Source: Mobula hypostoma (Eukaryota). From it: 64,000 nucleotides of DNA. The translations under genes were made by a program, and so were the position numbers. How positions within the stretch are numbered: position 1 is the first letter of the stretch; each line of letters begins with the position of its first letter. This document shows positions 13,560 through 27,359 of the stretch, one piece after another. The notes below the pieces were generated by a model. The model was given only the letters and a program-made list of their open reading frames with translations. It did no database searches and was not told the DNA's origin. The stretch covers positions 231,076,001 to 231,140,000 of the forward strand of contig NC_086097.1 in assembly GCF_963921235.1 (NCBI RefSeq), written 5' to 3'.

Positions 13560-13882
13560 GGGCAGAATGGTAGAGTAGTGGTCAGCATAATGTTTTACAG
13601 TGCAGCAATTGGAAAGTCAGGGTTCAATTTCCACCTCTGTATTTGAAGAGCTTGTAAATCTCTCACCGACCACGTGGGTTTCCTCCAGGGGCTCCCGTTG
13701 CCTGCCACTTTCCGAGTCGGACTGGTTGGAGTCGGTAAGCTGGGAGCATGCTATGCTGGTGCCCGAAGCACGGCCACATTTGCCCCCAGCACCTCCTTGG
13801 ATTGTGTTTGTTGCTGATGCAAACAATGCACTTCTCTGTATCTCTCTGATGTTTCGATGCACGTGACAAATAAAGCGAATCA
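13560..13882 (+). mobile_element. tRNA-derived SINE (decayed)
   Basis: A-box-like tagagtagtgg, B-box-like ggttcaatttcc, core gtgggtttcctcc.gg..gctcc, 3' gtgacaaataaa. Related cores occur at ~26290-26580(-), ~34350-34600(+), ~41180-41360(-), ~56510-56650(-) and ~63095-63202(+). Confidence 0.65.
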
Positions 13883-14243
13883 TTACTCTTTATTCAAACA
13901 GATGTCATTACAGTGAGTGAACAGGCAGTAATATCAACTAAATTCAATCAGCAAAGTCAAGCCCAGACAGTGTCATCAGTAGTGAGGACCACAGCTTTTT
14001 TATTGTCCTTACTCACCCACGTGCCATTTATGGATGTTTGTTACAGATAGTTAGTAGAAATCAAAAATAGCACAATGTCCTCTATAGGGGATCTGGAACT
14101 GAGGTGCTTCCAAAAATAATCAGATTGACAATAGTCATTAAGAGATACGAAACTCGATTACTCAAAAAGCAGACACATGGATGTGTGGTGAGCCTAAATA
14201 GAGCAGCAGACAGGCAAGATGCTAAGTTCAAACTTCCTATTAG

Positions 14244-15046
14244 GAACATAGAAGAGTACAGTACAGAAACAGGTCCTTCAGCCCACAATGTTGTGCCAAA
14301 CCAGCTAAAAAACAAATCAAAAATACCCGAACACTAATCCTTCCTGCATACACCATGTCCACATCCCCCCATCTTTCTTACATCTATGTACCTATCCAAA
14401 CATCACTTAAAAGCCTCTACCACCATACCAGGCATCCACTACTGAGTGGAAAACCTACCCCTCATATCTCTCTTGAACCTACCCTCTGATATTAGACATT
14501 TCAACCCTGGGAAATAGATATTCTCCGTCCACTCTATCTATGCCTCTCAAAATCTTGTAGATCTCTATCAGATCTTCCCTCAGTCTCCAATGCTCCAGAG
14601 AAAACAACCCAAGTTTATCCAGACTCTTGTGATAGCACTGGGCAGCATCCTGGTAAACCTCTTTTACACCCTTTCCAAAGCCTCAACATCCTTACTATAG
14701 TGCAGCAATCAGAACTGTACACAATAGTCCAGATGTGGCCTAACCAGGGTTTTATAAGGTTGCAACAGAGTTTTATAACGTTTCTCAGCCCAGTCTGCAA
14801 TTGGTCTATTTTGTACTGTATTCTTTGCCAGTCTTCTACACCATCCACAACTCTACTAAACAGCAGAGGTTTCAGCACAGATTCCTGTGGAACTCCACTA
14901 ATTACAGACCTCCAGCTCAAATAAGTCCCTTCAAACACTACCCTTTGGCTTTTATAAGGAAGCCAGTTCTGAATCCAATCAATCAATTCACCATGGACTC
15001 CATGCACTTTAATCTTCTGGATTAGCCTGCTGTGAGGGACCTTCAT
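14244..15046 (-). mobile_element. CR1 fragment, decayed
   Basis: KVPHSRLIQK...SGVPQESVL remnant and CR1 tail. Confidence 0.85.
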
Positions 15047-15888
15047 GACTGCAAAATTCAGTATGCATTGGTTGTGCTGGTCGTTGGCTATACGTTGTGG
15101 CAGGCAGGCAGTATGGTGAATAGTTTGCTCCAGTTTAAGTTACTGAAAGATTGTCTGCATCTTTCAAATGCAGTTCTATTGTGGAGCAGGTAAAGGCAAT
15201 TAGTCTACAATTAAATCTGATCTAGAAATAGCTTACGAATGCCACAACATGGAAGAAAATGTCTCCAAATTTTCTGCTATTACATTTGGCAGAGGATGTG
15301 CAAAGGAGGAGATGTGCCCTGTATCTACAGGAGCCAGATGCTCCTCCAGACAGGAAAATCTTAGAGGTTATTGTCAAGGGCTATTAGAATGGACGGGGGG
15401 GGCAATCCCAACAGCTAATGACCTCATATGGTAATGTTAATGAATGGATGATCATTAATCTCTGACATGGCTCAATTCATCATACCCTCATAACTCAGTT
15501 GCCAATAATTTCCTATGTGCTAGCATACCCACATACATTCACATTCAGTCATAACTCCCATGTCATTCTGACATTATTTGACAATCACTTACTCCTCTCC
15601 TGTATGACAATGCATGAACCAACCTGATGTCATAGGAGTTAACCACAAAGGGCAGACCCTGACCAACTAATATTGTGACCATAATAATTCTTTCCATAAT
15701 TAAACAAATACAAAGCCAAAAATAACTTTAGGATACAGATAACTCCAAAAACAAAGGGTTTTATAATCTGAATGTTAGACCGCTAAGTCTCATCATAGGA
15801 GTAAATGGCGAATAGATAACTGACATAATGAGAGAGATGACCGATAAAAAGCTTAAAGAAAAAGAAAATTTTTGTTACATCTGCAAAG

Positions 15889-16593
15889 TGTACGGGGTCT
15901 TTCTTTGTGTTAAATTTAAAATGGCGTCTTTGTTATGTTAATCTGGGGAATGCGGCTTTGTTGTGTTTTAACGCTGAAGAGAGTTTGCGCTAGCAGTTTG
16001 TTTTACTTTTAAAGTAGATAACCACCTTCTATTAGCCAATGGGTGGTTATGTATCGTTTTGTTTTCGGATACCATGCTGTATGATATGACTGTGGACGGG
16101 GTTTTGGCAGGGAGTCGGAGGAGAGACGGGGAGGATGGTGGAGAGACGGGGAGTCGGAGGAGAGACGAGGAGGACGGTGGAGAGACGGGGAGTCGGGGGA
16201 GAGACGGGGAGTTGGAGGAGAGACGGGGAGGACGGCGGACGTGCGGAGATGCTCCGGTCGATCACTCCGGGTAGTCCCGAGCCGTGAGTCAACAGGATCC
16301 GGGTGGTTGTCCGGAATTGATTAAGCTCCAACGGTAGCGCGCAAAGAACTTGGACTTTGATAAGTGTTGGCGCCTTTTTTCTCATTACTTTCCTCTCTGT
16401 ATCAAATGTATATTAATGTCATAGAATTAGTAATATCTATAAATTGTATTTATTAAAATTTACTGGGTGTGCTGGCTGATGATTGATGTTTGTGATTGAT
16501 TCGGGCGGCGACCAACCCTGTGGGGAGTGTTGAGGCGGGGGCTGGGCGGGATTTCCCCTAGACATATACGAGCCAATATAACGGAACGTTACA
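15889..16593 (+). mobile_element. Solo LTR (~705 bp) with internal purine-rich tandem repeat
   Basis: Termini tgtacg...cgttaca (TG..CA inverted ends), flanks aaag/taag. ~39-bp units (ggggagtcggaggagagacggggaggayggtggagagac) at ~16089-16240. Strand tentative. Confidence 0.7.
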
Positions 16594-17204
16594 TAAGTGA
16601 AATCTGAAGGACTGGGAGTTACCATTTATTAGCTTCCAGCAGTGGAGATGCTGTTTAGCATAAATTAAAAATAACTACACTGCTAAAAGTTGATCTACAT
16701 CTGAATGGAAAATGCTTAATATTTTTACATTTTTGGAGAACACATCAGCAATGTCAAACAGTAGCTTCTGATCAAATTAAGCATTAACCTCTTGCCATCC
16801 ACATGCAATTGACAAACACTGTCCACCTTCCTCCTTAATAACACTGAGCACAATAACCTTGCTGCTATTTCTAACCACCAAGCCTGGTCCAAACTATTGA
16901 GCATGTTCCTGATATGCAATGAGTTAACTTCACTTAAAAAAAGCTATTGCAGATTCTTCTCTCTTCAACTTTCCTGCAGCCTACATAGCTTGGCTACCTT
17001 ACAAAAACTTAATGTCTCTTGGCATCTAAAACTCTAATTTGCTTCTTGCTGTTTCTAGCTAAGAAGGGAAACGTGATAACTCTGGAATTATTCAAGTACT
17101 TTAATGAGGAAAAAATGCAAAATGTGTGATTTTATGTTTATAGTAAGATGCTGAGAAAAGGGTGAGTTGCACAAAACAAGAAAACAAAATTGGGTAACAC
17201 AAAA

Positions 17205-17565
17205 CTGGGTAGCCTCCAACCTGATGGCATGAATATCCATTTCTCCTTCTGGTAAACATCATCCCCTTCCTCTATTCCCCACTCTTCTCACCTATTACTT
17301 CTCCCTGGATCCCCTCCTACTTCCCTTGAGCCTGAGGTCCACTCTCTTCTCCCATCATATTCCTTCTTCTGCAGCCCTTGACCTTACCCACCCATCTGGC
17401 TTCACCTATCACCTTCCAGCTAGCCTCTTTCCCCTCCCCCACCTTTTTACTCTGGCATCTTCCCCTTTCCTTTTCAGTCCTGAAGGTGAGTTTTGGCCCG
17501 AAATATCGCCTGTCTAATCATTTCCATAGATGCTGCCTGACCTGCCTACTTCCTCCAGCATTTCC
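17205..17565 (+). mobile_element. Penelope-like terminal fragment
   Basis: Homologous to 3153-3620 (ctgggtagcctccaacctga...cagtcctga...gaaa...agatgctgcctg). Confidence 0.7.
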
Positions 17566-17904
17566 CTCCAGTTGCTTAGCACAAAACTGTTTTCTTTATT
17601 CATTCAACAAATTCCTGCTTGAGATTCTCAGCTACTTTGCAGAGATCTAACTATCCAGGACAAAGTCTGGCAGCTTTTCATTAGCAACTATGTAAATCCT
17701 ATGGATCACTGGAGGGAAGACATTTTGTGGAGGAAAAAAAGGTACAAGCAAAGTGTGTCTAGGCATCAGAAGACCAACCAAAAAAGAATGAGTACAATAT
17801 TAGGAGGTCATAAAAGAGAATGAAAAATGTCTTTTGTGTTATGTCCCATTCCCGAGGAAATTTACTGATTCCTCTACCATGCAAACTGAAATTGAATTGA
17901 TCAT

Positions 17905-19310
17905 ATCATGGTTCATTTTGGTAGGTCAAATATGATGGCAGTATATAACATCAATGGTAAGTCTCTTGGCAGTGTGGAGGATCAGAGGGATCTTGGGGTC
18001 CAAGTCCATAGGACACTCAACGCTGCTACAAAGGTTGACTCTGTGTTTAAGAAGACATACAGTGCACTGGCCTTCATCAATTGTGCGATTTGAGTTTAAG
18101 AGCCAAGAGGTAATGTAGCAGAGGAGAAGATGGCGGTATGACGCAGCTCGCAGCGGCCACTCCTGTGGTGATGTCTGTTATTTGTCAAGTAGGGTGCCGT
18201 GCACAATCCTGATTTGATGGAGACAGACGTGAGAGCACGGAGGAACATCTGGTGAAACTTCTGAAATGCCTGCTTCGCTGCTGCTGCTACTGTGTGGTCT
18301 GAAATCTCCGGAGGGGAAGGCCCCGAGTCCTCGGCTTTGCTTGTTGCTCAGCGGCCGGGGTGGGGTCGAAGCACTCGGCAGAGGATGGTGCTTGGTGCTG
18401 GGTGTCGAAGGGCTGGTCGGAGGCTCCAAGTTTTCAGATGGACTCAGAGTCCACTGCGGTCGGGTGCTTCTAATGGTGCTGCATCGGCAAGTTTGTGGCG
18501 CTTGGAGGTTCATGGCAGGGAGAGTTTCTCCTTTCTACCGCCTGTGTGAGATGATGAGGCTATCGGAACTTTGAGACTTTTTTTTACCGTGCCCACGGTC
18601 TGCTCTTTATCAAATTACAGCTTTGCTTTGCACTGTTGTAACTATATGTTATAATTATGTGGTTTTGTCAGTTTTAGTCTTGGTTTGTCCTGTGTTTCTT
18701 GTGATATCATTCTGGAGGAACATTGTATCATTTTTAATGCACACATTTCTAAATGACAATAAATGAGGACTGAGTGTCCTCATAATCTAATCTAATATAG
18801 GACCCTGGTCAGACCCCACTTGTACTGTGCTCAATTCTAGTCACCTCACTACAGGAAGGATGTGGAAACCATAGAAAGGGTGCAGAAGAGATTTACAAGG
18901 ATGTTGCCTGGATTGGGAAGCATGCCTGATCAGAATAGGTTGAGTGAACTTGGCCTTTTCTCATTGGAGCGATGGAAGATGAGAGGTGACCTGATAGGGA
19001 TGTACAAGATAATGAGAGGTATTGATTGTGTGGATAGTCAGAGGCTTTTCCTCAGGGCTGAAATGGCTAGCACGTGAGGGCATTGTTTTAAAGTGCTTGG
19101 AAGTAGGTACAGAGGAGACGTCAGGGGTAAGTTTTATTATGCAGAGAGTGGTGAGTGCGTGGAATGGGCTGCCGGCAGCGATGGTGGAGTCAGATATGAT
19201 AGGGTCTTTTAAGAGACTCCTGGATGGGTACGAAAAATAGAGGGTTATGGGTAAGCCTAGGTAGTTCAAAGGTAAGGACATGATTGGCACAGGTTTTCTA
19301 TATTTCTATG
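17905..19310 (+). mobile_element. CR1 3' fragment interrupted by a younger insertion at 18122-18795
   Basis: VHFGRSN...ALAFIN before the insertion, ETIERVQKRFTRMLPG after it, then the CR1 tail. Confidence 0.9.
18122..18795 (+). mobile_element. Non-autonomous SINE/LINE-derived element with 3' hairpin and (taatc)n tail
   Basis: Splits CR1 sequence gtaatgtagcag|...|atataggaccc. Starts agaagatggcgg, ends aataaatgaggac-tgagt-gtcctcat-aatctaatctaat. Confidence 0.75.
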
Positions 19311-19356
19311 ACTTCCATCAAACTATAACATGTATATGATTTGCCTACCATGAAAT

Positions 19357-19745
19357 ACTTACTGGCGTTTGGGGCAATCAGGTCCTCCATCTCTGGCAGT
19401 GTTCAGGGCTTCCTTCATCATGTTGGTAGCTTCCTCTCGGTTTTCACTGCTGTTAAGTCAAGCAAGTCCCAGACGGAGACTCAGGAATACTGTCGCACTC
19501 AGGTGTAGGATTCCTCATTGCTGTTTCCATAACAATTTTGTTTTGCCAGTCACAGTTGCTAATCCTGAGCCGAACCCCCGAAATTGGAGGACTGGTAGGG
19601 CACTGTTAGTCTGGCCTCTCCCCTTTGACCTGTTTGGCATGGTGAGCCTATCAAGAACCCCAATTCCAGCCAACATAGCTCTCCAGGTCTTTGAGGCATG
19701 CAGGCCTCCAGACCCAACGGGAAGTTTGTGGTCCTCTTGGAGGAA
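19357..19745 (-). mobile_element. Second copy of the RTE-like non-autonomous element
   Basis: Colinear with 7478-7885. Confidence 0.55.
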
Positions 19746-20377
19746 CCATGAAATAATGCACCTTAAAACTGAAACAACAAGACAACACCAAGATTTAACT
19801 TAGACTACTGCCTGGCAAACTAAAAGTATGGAGGATAATTTGGCCTGTGCCATTTTATTTTGTGTACAATCCTGCTGAGATCACCAGAGGCTGTGGATTA
19901 AAGTTGGAGTCCAGGCTGAAACGTAATAATCAAACTTCTGACACCTGTTCAATCTAAAATAACAGATATCCAGTTTCTGTCAAAAAAAATCCCAGGCCAC
20001 CACACAACAGACAGAGGGCACTGAAGGACAGTTTTTGTGGCTGCTGAAGTTATTGGTTCCAAGTAGACACCCACAAAAAGCCCAAAAAGCATTATAGAAA
20101 GATGGGCAAGATTCCTTCCAAGAGCTCCTCATCTCAGTCAATGCGTGGAAGATACTTACCAATTACTGAGACAAGCTAATAAATTGCTTATTATTTGCAG
20201 TCTAGGGTGAAGCTCATGACGTGAGCTGCTGAAGCTTTAACGAAGGTCTGGGATACCTTGAGTTGGTTGTGTGAAGAAGGATAAGCAGAGGCTTTCTAGA
20301 GTATGTTTCAGCAATTAGAAAACAGATTGAAATGCAGAACTCTGATGGTGGATTATTCCCACTATCACATGCAAATA

Positions 20378-21975
20378 ATTGAATTGAATTGAATTGACTT
20401 TATTACTTACATCCTTCATATAAATGAGGAGTAAAAAAATCTTTATGTTATGTTTCCATGTAAATGTGCAATGTGCAATTACAGTAATTTATACTAGATA
20501 TAATGTATGACAGGATAGCCAATATAACATAGAAATACAGTTGTGTCAGCATGAATTAAGCAGTCTGATGGCCTGGTGGAAGAAGCTGTCCTGGAGCCTG
20601 GCTTGAATGGAATTGAATTGAATTGAATTGACTTTATTTCTTACATCCTTCACATACACAAGGAGTAAAAACCTTTACATTACGTCTCCATCTAAATGTG
20701 CAATCATAGTAATTTATAATAAATTATAATAAATAGAATAGTCAATGTAATATAGAGTACACTCAAATCAGTGAGAGTTCATCAGTCTGATGGCCTAGTG
20801 GAAGAAGCTGTCCCGGAGCCTATTGCTCCTGGCTTTTAGGCTGTGGTACCGCTTCCCAGATGGTATCAGCTGGAATAGATTGTGGTTGGGATGGTTTGGG
20901 TCCCCAATGATCCTCCAAGCCCTTTTTACATACCTGTCCTTGTAAGTGTCCTGAATCATGGGAAGTTCACATCTACAGATGTGTTGGGCTGTCCGCACCA
21001 CTCTCTGCAGAGTCCTGCGATGAAGGGAGGTACAGTTCTCATACCAGGCAGTGATGCCGCCAGTCAGGATGCTCTCAATTGTGCCCCTGTAGAAAGTTCT
21101 TAGGATTTGGGGGCCCATACCAAACTTCCTCAACCATTGGTGAAGCTGGTGTGCACAGACCACGTGAGGTCTTCAGTGATGTGCATGCCGAGTATCCTGA
21201 AGCTGTTTACCCTCTCAACCCTAGATCCATTGGTGTCAATAGGGATTAGCCCATCTCCATTCTCCTGTAATCCACAACCAGCTCCTTTGTTTTTGCGACA
21301 TTAAGGGAGAGGTTGTTTTCTTCTCACTGTGTCAGAAAGATAACTTCTTCTCTGTAGGTCACCTTGTTATTGTCTGAGATAAGGCCAATCAAAGTAGAGT
21401 CGTTGGCAAATTTAATTAGCAGATTGCTGCTGTGGGTGGCGATACAGTCATGGGTATACAAGGAGTAAAGGAGGGGACTCAGTATACAGCCCTGAGGGGT
21501 TCCTGTCTTGAGAGTCAGAGGGTCGGAGGTGAGGGAGCCCACTCTTACAACCTGCTGGCGATCTGACAGGAAGTCCAGTATCCGGCTGCATAAGGCAGAG
21601 TCAAGATCAAGGTCTCTGAGCTTCTTGTCGAGCCTGGATGGAACTATGGTGTTGAATGCTGAACTGTCGTCCAAGAACAGCATTCTCACATAAGCATCCT
21701 TCTTCTCCAGATGTGTAAGGACGGTATGTACAGCAGTGGCTATTGCGTCATCTGTTGATCGGTTGTGTCAGTAGGCGAATTGTAGGGGATTCAGTTTGGG
21801 TGGTAGCCAGCTGCAGATGTAATCCTTGACCAGCCTCTCAAAGCATTTGCTTATTATTGAGGTTGAGTGTGACAGGACGCCAGTCGTTCAGGCATGTTAC
21901 CTTGGTCTTTTTTGGTACAGGGACAATGGTGGATAATTTGAAGCAGGAGGGCACTCTACACTGGGAGAGGGAGAG
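20378..21975 (-). mobile_element. Rex1/Babar-type LINE fragment(s) with two tandem 3' ends
   Basis: RT remnant [33 protein letters not shown] (21324-21689) and C-terminus ESILTGGITAWY..DSFF. (caatt)n tails at ~20378 and ~20604. Confidence 0.85.
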
Positions 21976-22482
21976 ATTAAAAATGTAAACACAGCTATAA
22001 ACACAATAAGCAGAAAGACACAAAAATAACGTAAGATAAGAGTTAAATATGTATGGCACATGGGAATGCAATTTATGTAGAGAGAGTTGAGTCAACCAAA
22101 GATTAACCAAAATTTCTATTCCAGCATGCCATTAAGCGCCTTTTTAAACAGACTATGTACTAAGGGAACTATTCATACAAGCACAACAGGAAGCAACTGG
22201 GATTGAACTATGTTGTTCTTCCCTGAACCCCTGTGGTGTGCCTGTCTAATTAGGTATTATTAGTCAATATGCAAAACAAGATGAAGCTGCCATGATTGCC
22301 TCTGACCTCAGCAGCTTTAAGTAGTAACATCCGCGTCATCACTGAAGTAAAACCCATTCACCCGGATTTCAAAATGCTGATAAAATCAGATTTTTCTCCA
22401 TTAAAGTATTTCTGCTGTACTGATGGAGAAACATCAGGTATTTTGACATCAACCAGATCTTAGACTTGCAATTGGTAAATAA

Positions 22483-22963
22483 GACCATAAGACAAAGGAG
22501 CAGAAGTCAGCCATTCGGCCCATCGAGTCTGCTCCACCATTTTATCATGAGCTGATCCATTCTCCCATTTAGTCCCACTCCCCCGCCTTCTCACCATAAC
22601 CTTTGATGCCCTGGCTACTCTCAATCAATCTCTACCTTAAATACACCCAATGACTTGACCTCCACTACCGTCTGTAGCATCAAATTCCACAGATTCACCA
22701 CCCTCTGGCTAAAAAAAATTCTTCGCATTTCTGTTCTGAATGGGAGCCCTTCAATCCTTAAGTCGTGCCCTCTCGTACTAGACTCCCCTGCCATGGGAAA
22801 CAACTTTGCCACATCTACTCTGTCCATGCCTTTCAACATTCAAAATGTTTCTATGAGGTCCCCCCTCATTCTTCTAAACTCCATGGAATACAGTCCAAGA
22901 GCGGTCAAACGTTCCTCATATGTTAACCCTCTCATTCCCGGAATCATTCTAGTGAATCTTCTC
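22483..22963 (-). mobile_element. CR1 3' fragment
   Basis: LKGMDRVDVAKLFP...TRGH..FFSQRVVNLWN; tail tcttatggtctta. Confidence 0.9.
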
Positions 22964-23959
22964 TAGAAGATGGAGAAAGTACAATCAAAATGTGGCTGCA
23001 TCAATCAGTCTGTCTTGGATGTAATTGTCACATTGTAAAATACAAATAGTTCAGGAGAAATTTTAGTCACTCGTTGGAAGCTGAAGGTTGGAGTGAACAA
23101 CATGCACATGAAATATATTCCTCTGAACGAATGCCAGTATAAATTATACTTAAAATTATACACAGTTGGAAAAACATAATACATAGAGGCTGAACCATTG
23201 ACATGGCAGGTCATCCTTGACTCATTCAAGTGATTGTTAAAGTTGTGTTCAGAGCCTACGAGAAATCCATGCAAATATAAGCAACCATAGAAGGCAAATA
23301 TCAAAGCTGTGTAAAGTACTATAAATAGAGCCACTTGACATCATATATATTTGGAAGCTTCATTTAACTTATTTTCAATGTATCGATTTATATAGTTTTA
23401 TATGAGGCAGTTGTAATGAATTTTTAAAGTAGTCCTGGGCCATGCTGTTCTGTGAGCCTTTGCTCATTTTACCCCACTCTGGCAGGCTCAGGTGGACCCC
23501 AGCCAGAGGATAATGGTAGGAGACAACCACCAACAAGATTACTCAGTGAGCACTTTACATTTACTTTCACAATTATCTTTGCTTTTCTAGTATCACCATG
23601 AAATGTCTTCACTAACTCATTTGACTTACACACCTAATTTTTGGATGCTTTCAGCATCCAGTGAAATTGATTCAAGAAGGTTCAAGCAGGTTACCCTGCC
23701 TTCTCCAAGAATTTGTAGTGGTGAATGGCACCACAAGAACTTGAATGGTTTCAAGTGCACAAACCATTGGACAAGATCACTGGGCTAGTTCACCTACAAG
23801 TAGCTCACTTTTGGACCAGTATTTAAAGCATTTTAATTATGTCACAGAGGTGGAAAGATTAAGCAAAACTCTTCTCTTACCAGCTCCCTCAACATAACAA
23901 CGCTTCTTCCTCATCAAAACTTACAACAATTTCCTAAGAACATACTGTACATATCCAAA

Positions 23960-24950
23960 AACACAGAAAACGCTGTACAGGCCCTTTGGCCCTTAATGTT
24001 TTCTGACCTTTTAACCTACCGAAGATTAATCTATCCCTTCCTTTCTACATAGACCTCCATTTTTCTATCATCCATATGCCATTCTAAGAGTTTCTTTAAC
24101 ATCCCTAATATATCTGCATCTATCACTATTGCTGGCAGGGTTTTCCATGCACCCAACACTCCCTGTGTAAAAAACCTCCCTCTGACATTTCCTCTCTACT
24201 TTCCTCCAATCACCTTAAAATTAAGTTTCAATAATAAGTCATTTTTGCCCTGGGAAAAAAGTCTGTGGTTATCCACTCAACCTCTGCCTCTTACCATCTC
24301 ATTTCTATCAAGTAACCTCTCAGAGAAAAGCCTGGGCTTGCTCAACCTATCTTCATACTCTCTAATCCTGGCAACATCCTGGTAAATCTCCCCTGCACCT
24401 TCTCTAAAGCCTCCACATCCTTCCTACAATGAGGTGACCAGAACCGAACAAGGGTGTGGTCTAACCAGGGTTTTTTAGAGTTGAAACCTTACCTCACATT
24501 TTTATCAACTTGCGCAACAATTTTGAGGGAAATGTGGACATGGACCTCAAGATCCCGCTGTTTCTCCATACTGTTAAGAATCCTGCCATTAATCTTGCAT
24601 TCCGCTTTCAAATTCGATCTTCCAAAGTGAATCATTTTTCTGGTTTAACTCCTTCTCAGCCTAGCTCTATATCCTGTGAATGTCCTGCTGGAACCTCCGA
24701 CAAATTACTACACTTTCCACAACACCGCTGACCTTCGTGTCATCTGTAATCCACCCTTCCTCTTCCTCATCTAAATCATTTATAAAAATCACAAAGAGCA
24801 GGTGTCCCAGACCAGATTACTGAGGAACACCACTGGTCACCAACCTCTGGATAGAAAATGCTTCTTCTCCAACCACCCTCTGCCTTCTATGGGCAAGCCA
24901 ATTCCAAATTCACTCAGCCCACGTTTCCTTCATCACATATTTCCCTGTCC
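23960..24950 (-). mobile_element. CR1 fragment, decayed
   Basis: Reverse-complement similarity to CR1 RT and 3' end (gtgaccagtggtgttcctcag, tggttagaccacacc). Confidence 0.75.
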
Positions 24951-27337
24951 ACCACAAGTCTGTACCATATAGATATTGATGCACCTCTCAGGCACTCACT
25001 TCATTCTGGCTTATTCAATACAGCCACTCATGTCAAACCTTCAAGCCTGTTAAGAATTATCAGCATCGCTCTGGCTCCTTGCTAAATTCGTGCTCCAAGT
25101 GCCAGCTTTCAATTCAACATGATCATGACAATAGCTCGTTCTTCACTCGGTGTTCCACTGAAAGAACTAAAGATCCAGATCTGAAGTTTCAATAATAATG
25201 ACATACACTGAAGTTAAAAGAATAGATACCTTGTGTCTGCTCCACCATTCATTAAAGCCATAGCTGTCCTGACTCTACATTCCCATCTCTCTTGATAACC
25301 TTCAAACCTTATTTATCAACAATCTATCTTCAAAAGTTCTGCTTCTGCGCACATAAGCAAATGAGATTCTGCAGATGCTGGAAATGCGGGAGGAACTCAG
25401 CAGGTCAGTCCACATCTATGAAAAGGAATAAAGAGTCAATATTTCAGGCCAAGGCTCTTCAATCAGGACTACTTCCATTTCTGTTGCCTTTTTAGGAAAT
25501 AGTTTTGAAGACTCATACACCCCTGCGAAGAAAAAAAAGCATGCCTCAAATCTGTCTGTAATGGGCAACCTCTTGGTTTTCAACACCAATTCCAAATTCC
25601 TAATTCTCCCACAATATCAGCTTCAAGTCAATGTTGCTAAGATACCTGAAGATCTTATAAACAAGACCCTTCCAACTTGCTTTGGAAACAGTCCTGGTCT
25701 GTCTAATTTCTCCCCACAAGACAAAACAGTCCATTGCAGGTATTAGTCAACTGAACAGCTTCTGAACTGTTTCCTGCATAACATCCTTCTTTATATAAAC
25801 AGACCAATATTGCACACATTAATTTAGATATCAGTATAACAGAAGCATAACATTCTTACTCATGTAGAAACAAAAAATGCTGAAGAGACTCAGCAAGTCA
25901 AATAGAATCTGTGTTAAGAGAAACCTTCGTTAGGACCAGGGAAGAGAGAAAATAATTTGGCTTTAAATTGCAGGGAGGGTGGGGAAACAATGAAGGCCAG
26001 TGTTGCCATGGAGATAAGCTATAAACTAGGTCATCTGGATGATGGGGTAAAGGACACAGTTGGAGAGGGGGGAAGAGAGAATCTGAACAAAGGAGCATAA
26101 AAGCTATGAAATGGTGGCAATTAGCGTACTTGAAGTTGTAGAATTTGATATCAAGTCTGTACAGCAGCAATGTGGCCAAACAAAAGATTAAGTGTTGTTC
26201 CTTAAGCTTACAGTGGACTTATTACAGTGACTGATAGGTCAGTGTGCCAAGGCTCCTGAAGATCTTGTATGTTTTATTTCTTTATTTCTTATTTTAGTAA
26301 CATAACGTGGAGTTGGCCCTTCCATGTCCTTCAAGCCACGCTGCCCCAGCAACTACACAATCCTAATCAACCCTAACCTAATCATGGGACAGTTTACAAT
26401 GACCAATTCACCTAACTGCGACGTCTTTGGACTGTGGGAGGAAACCAAAGCAGCCGGGGAAAACCCACACGTTCCATGGGGAGGATGTACAGAGACGCCT
26501 TACAGAAAGGCAGTGAGGTTGAACTTCGAAATGGTCGGCACTCTAATGGCGTTGCGTTAACCTCTATGCTGCTGTGGCGCCCAAGCAAGCAAGGACTCTC
26601 CAACTTGCTTTGGAAACGATCCTAGCCTGTCCATCTTAACACGCCCAGCTCTTTATTCCCTTTGATAGATGCTGCCTGACCTGCTGGATCCCTCCAGTAT
26701 TTTGTGGGTGTTACCTAGGTCAGTGTGGGACTGGGATGGAGAATTAAAGTGGCAGGGAGCCAAAAATCAGGCAACAAGTACTCTACAAGGTAATCACCCA
26801 TTCTATGTTCTGCTTCTCCACTGCAGAGTATTAGATATTGAATACAATGCAGTACACCAGAATGTAAGAAGTGCAGTACTTCAACCAGAAAGACTGACTG
26901 TTTCTTTGGCCAGTAGAAAGCCAAGAGGTATCAGGGCAGGTGCTGAATGCAGTTGCATGGAAAGATGCCACAAAGACCGTGCTTGGTGGAGACCGTACAA
27001 CAGACTCGGTAATTGCAAAGGATCTCCATGCTTCTAGATTCAGACTCAGTCCCTCTTAAATGATCAGAGTGGAACTGACCAATCCAAATGTGATACAGGC
27101 TGAATTTTTCTCTCTCTATTACCATGGCCTGACCTGCCCAGAAGCTGCACAGCTCTACATTTTGCTTTTTTTGTAATTTTTTTTTGCTCCACTCTGTCTT
27201 TATAGCATAGCTTTTGATTTCGCCTGTTCAGATTTTTTTTTATTAACTAGCAACATTAACCCATCATGTGAGTGACCTTGTTTACTGCTAATTCCCATGG
27301 CAACCCTGACCTTAGCTGAGAGATACTCTATTCCCTC

Positions 27338-27359
27338 CTCTCTCTCTCTCTCTCTCTCT
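27338..27359. repeat. (CT)n microsatellite
   Basis: About 11 uninterrupted CT units. Confidence 0.9.

Noticed and set aside
23005..23334. LHGFLVG as a further MBT exon
   Set aside because: No MKLE motif follows, there are no fitting splice sites, and the intervening exon is absent; treated as chance.
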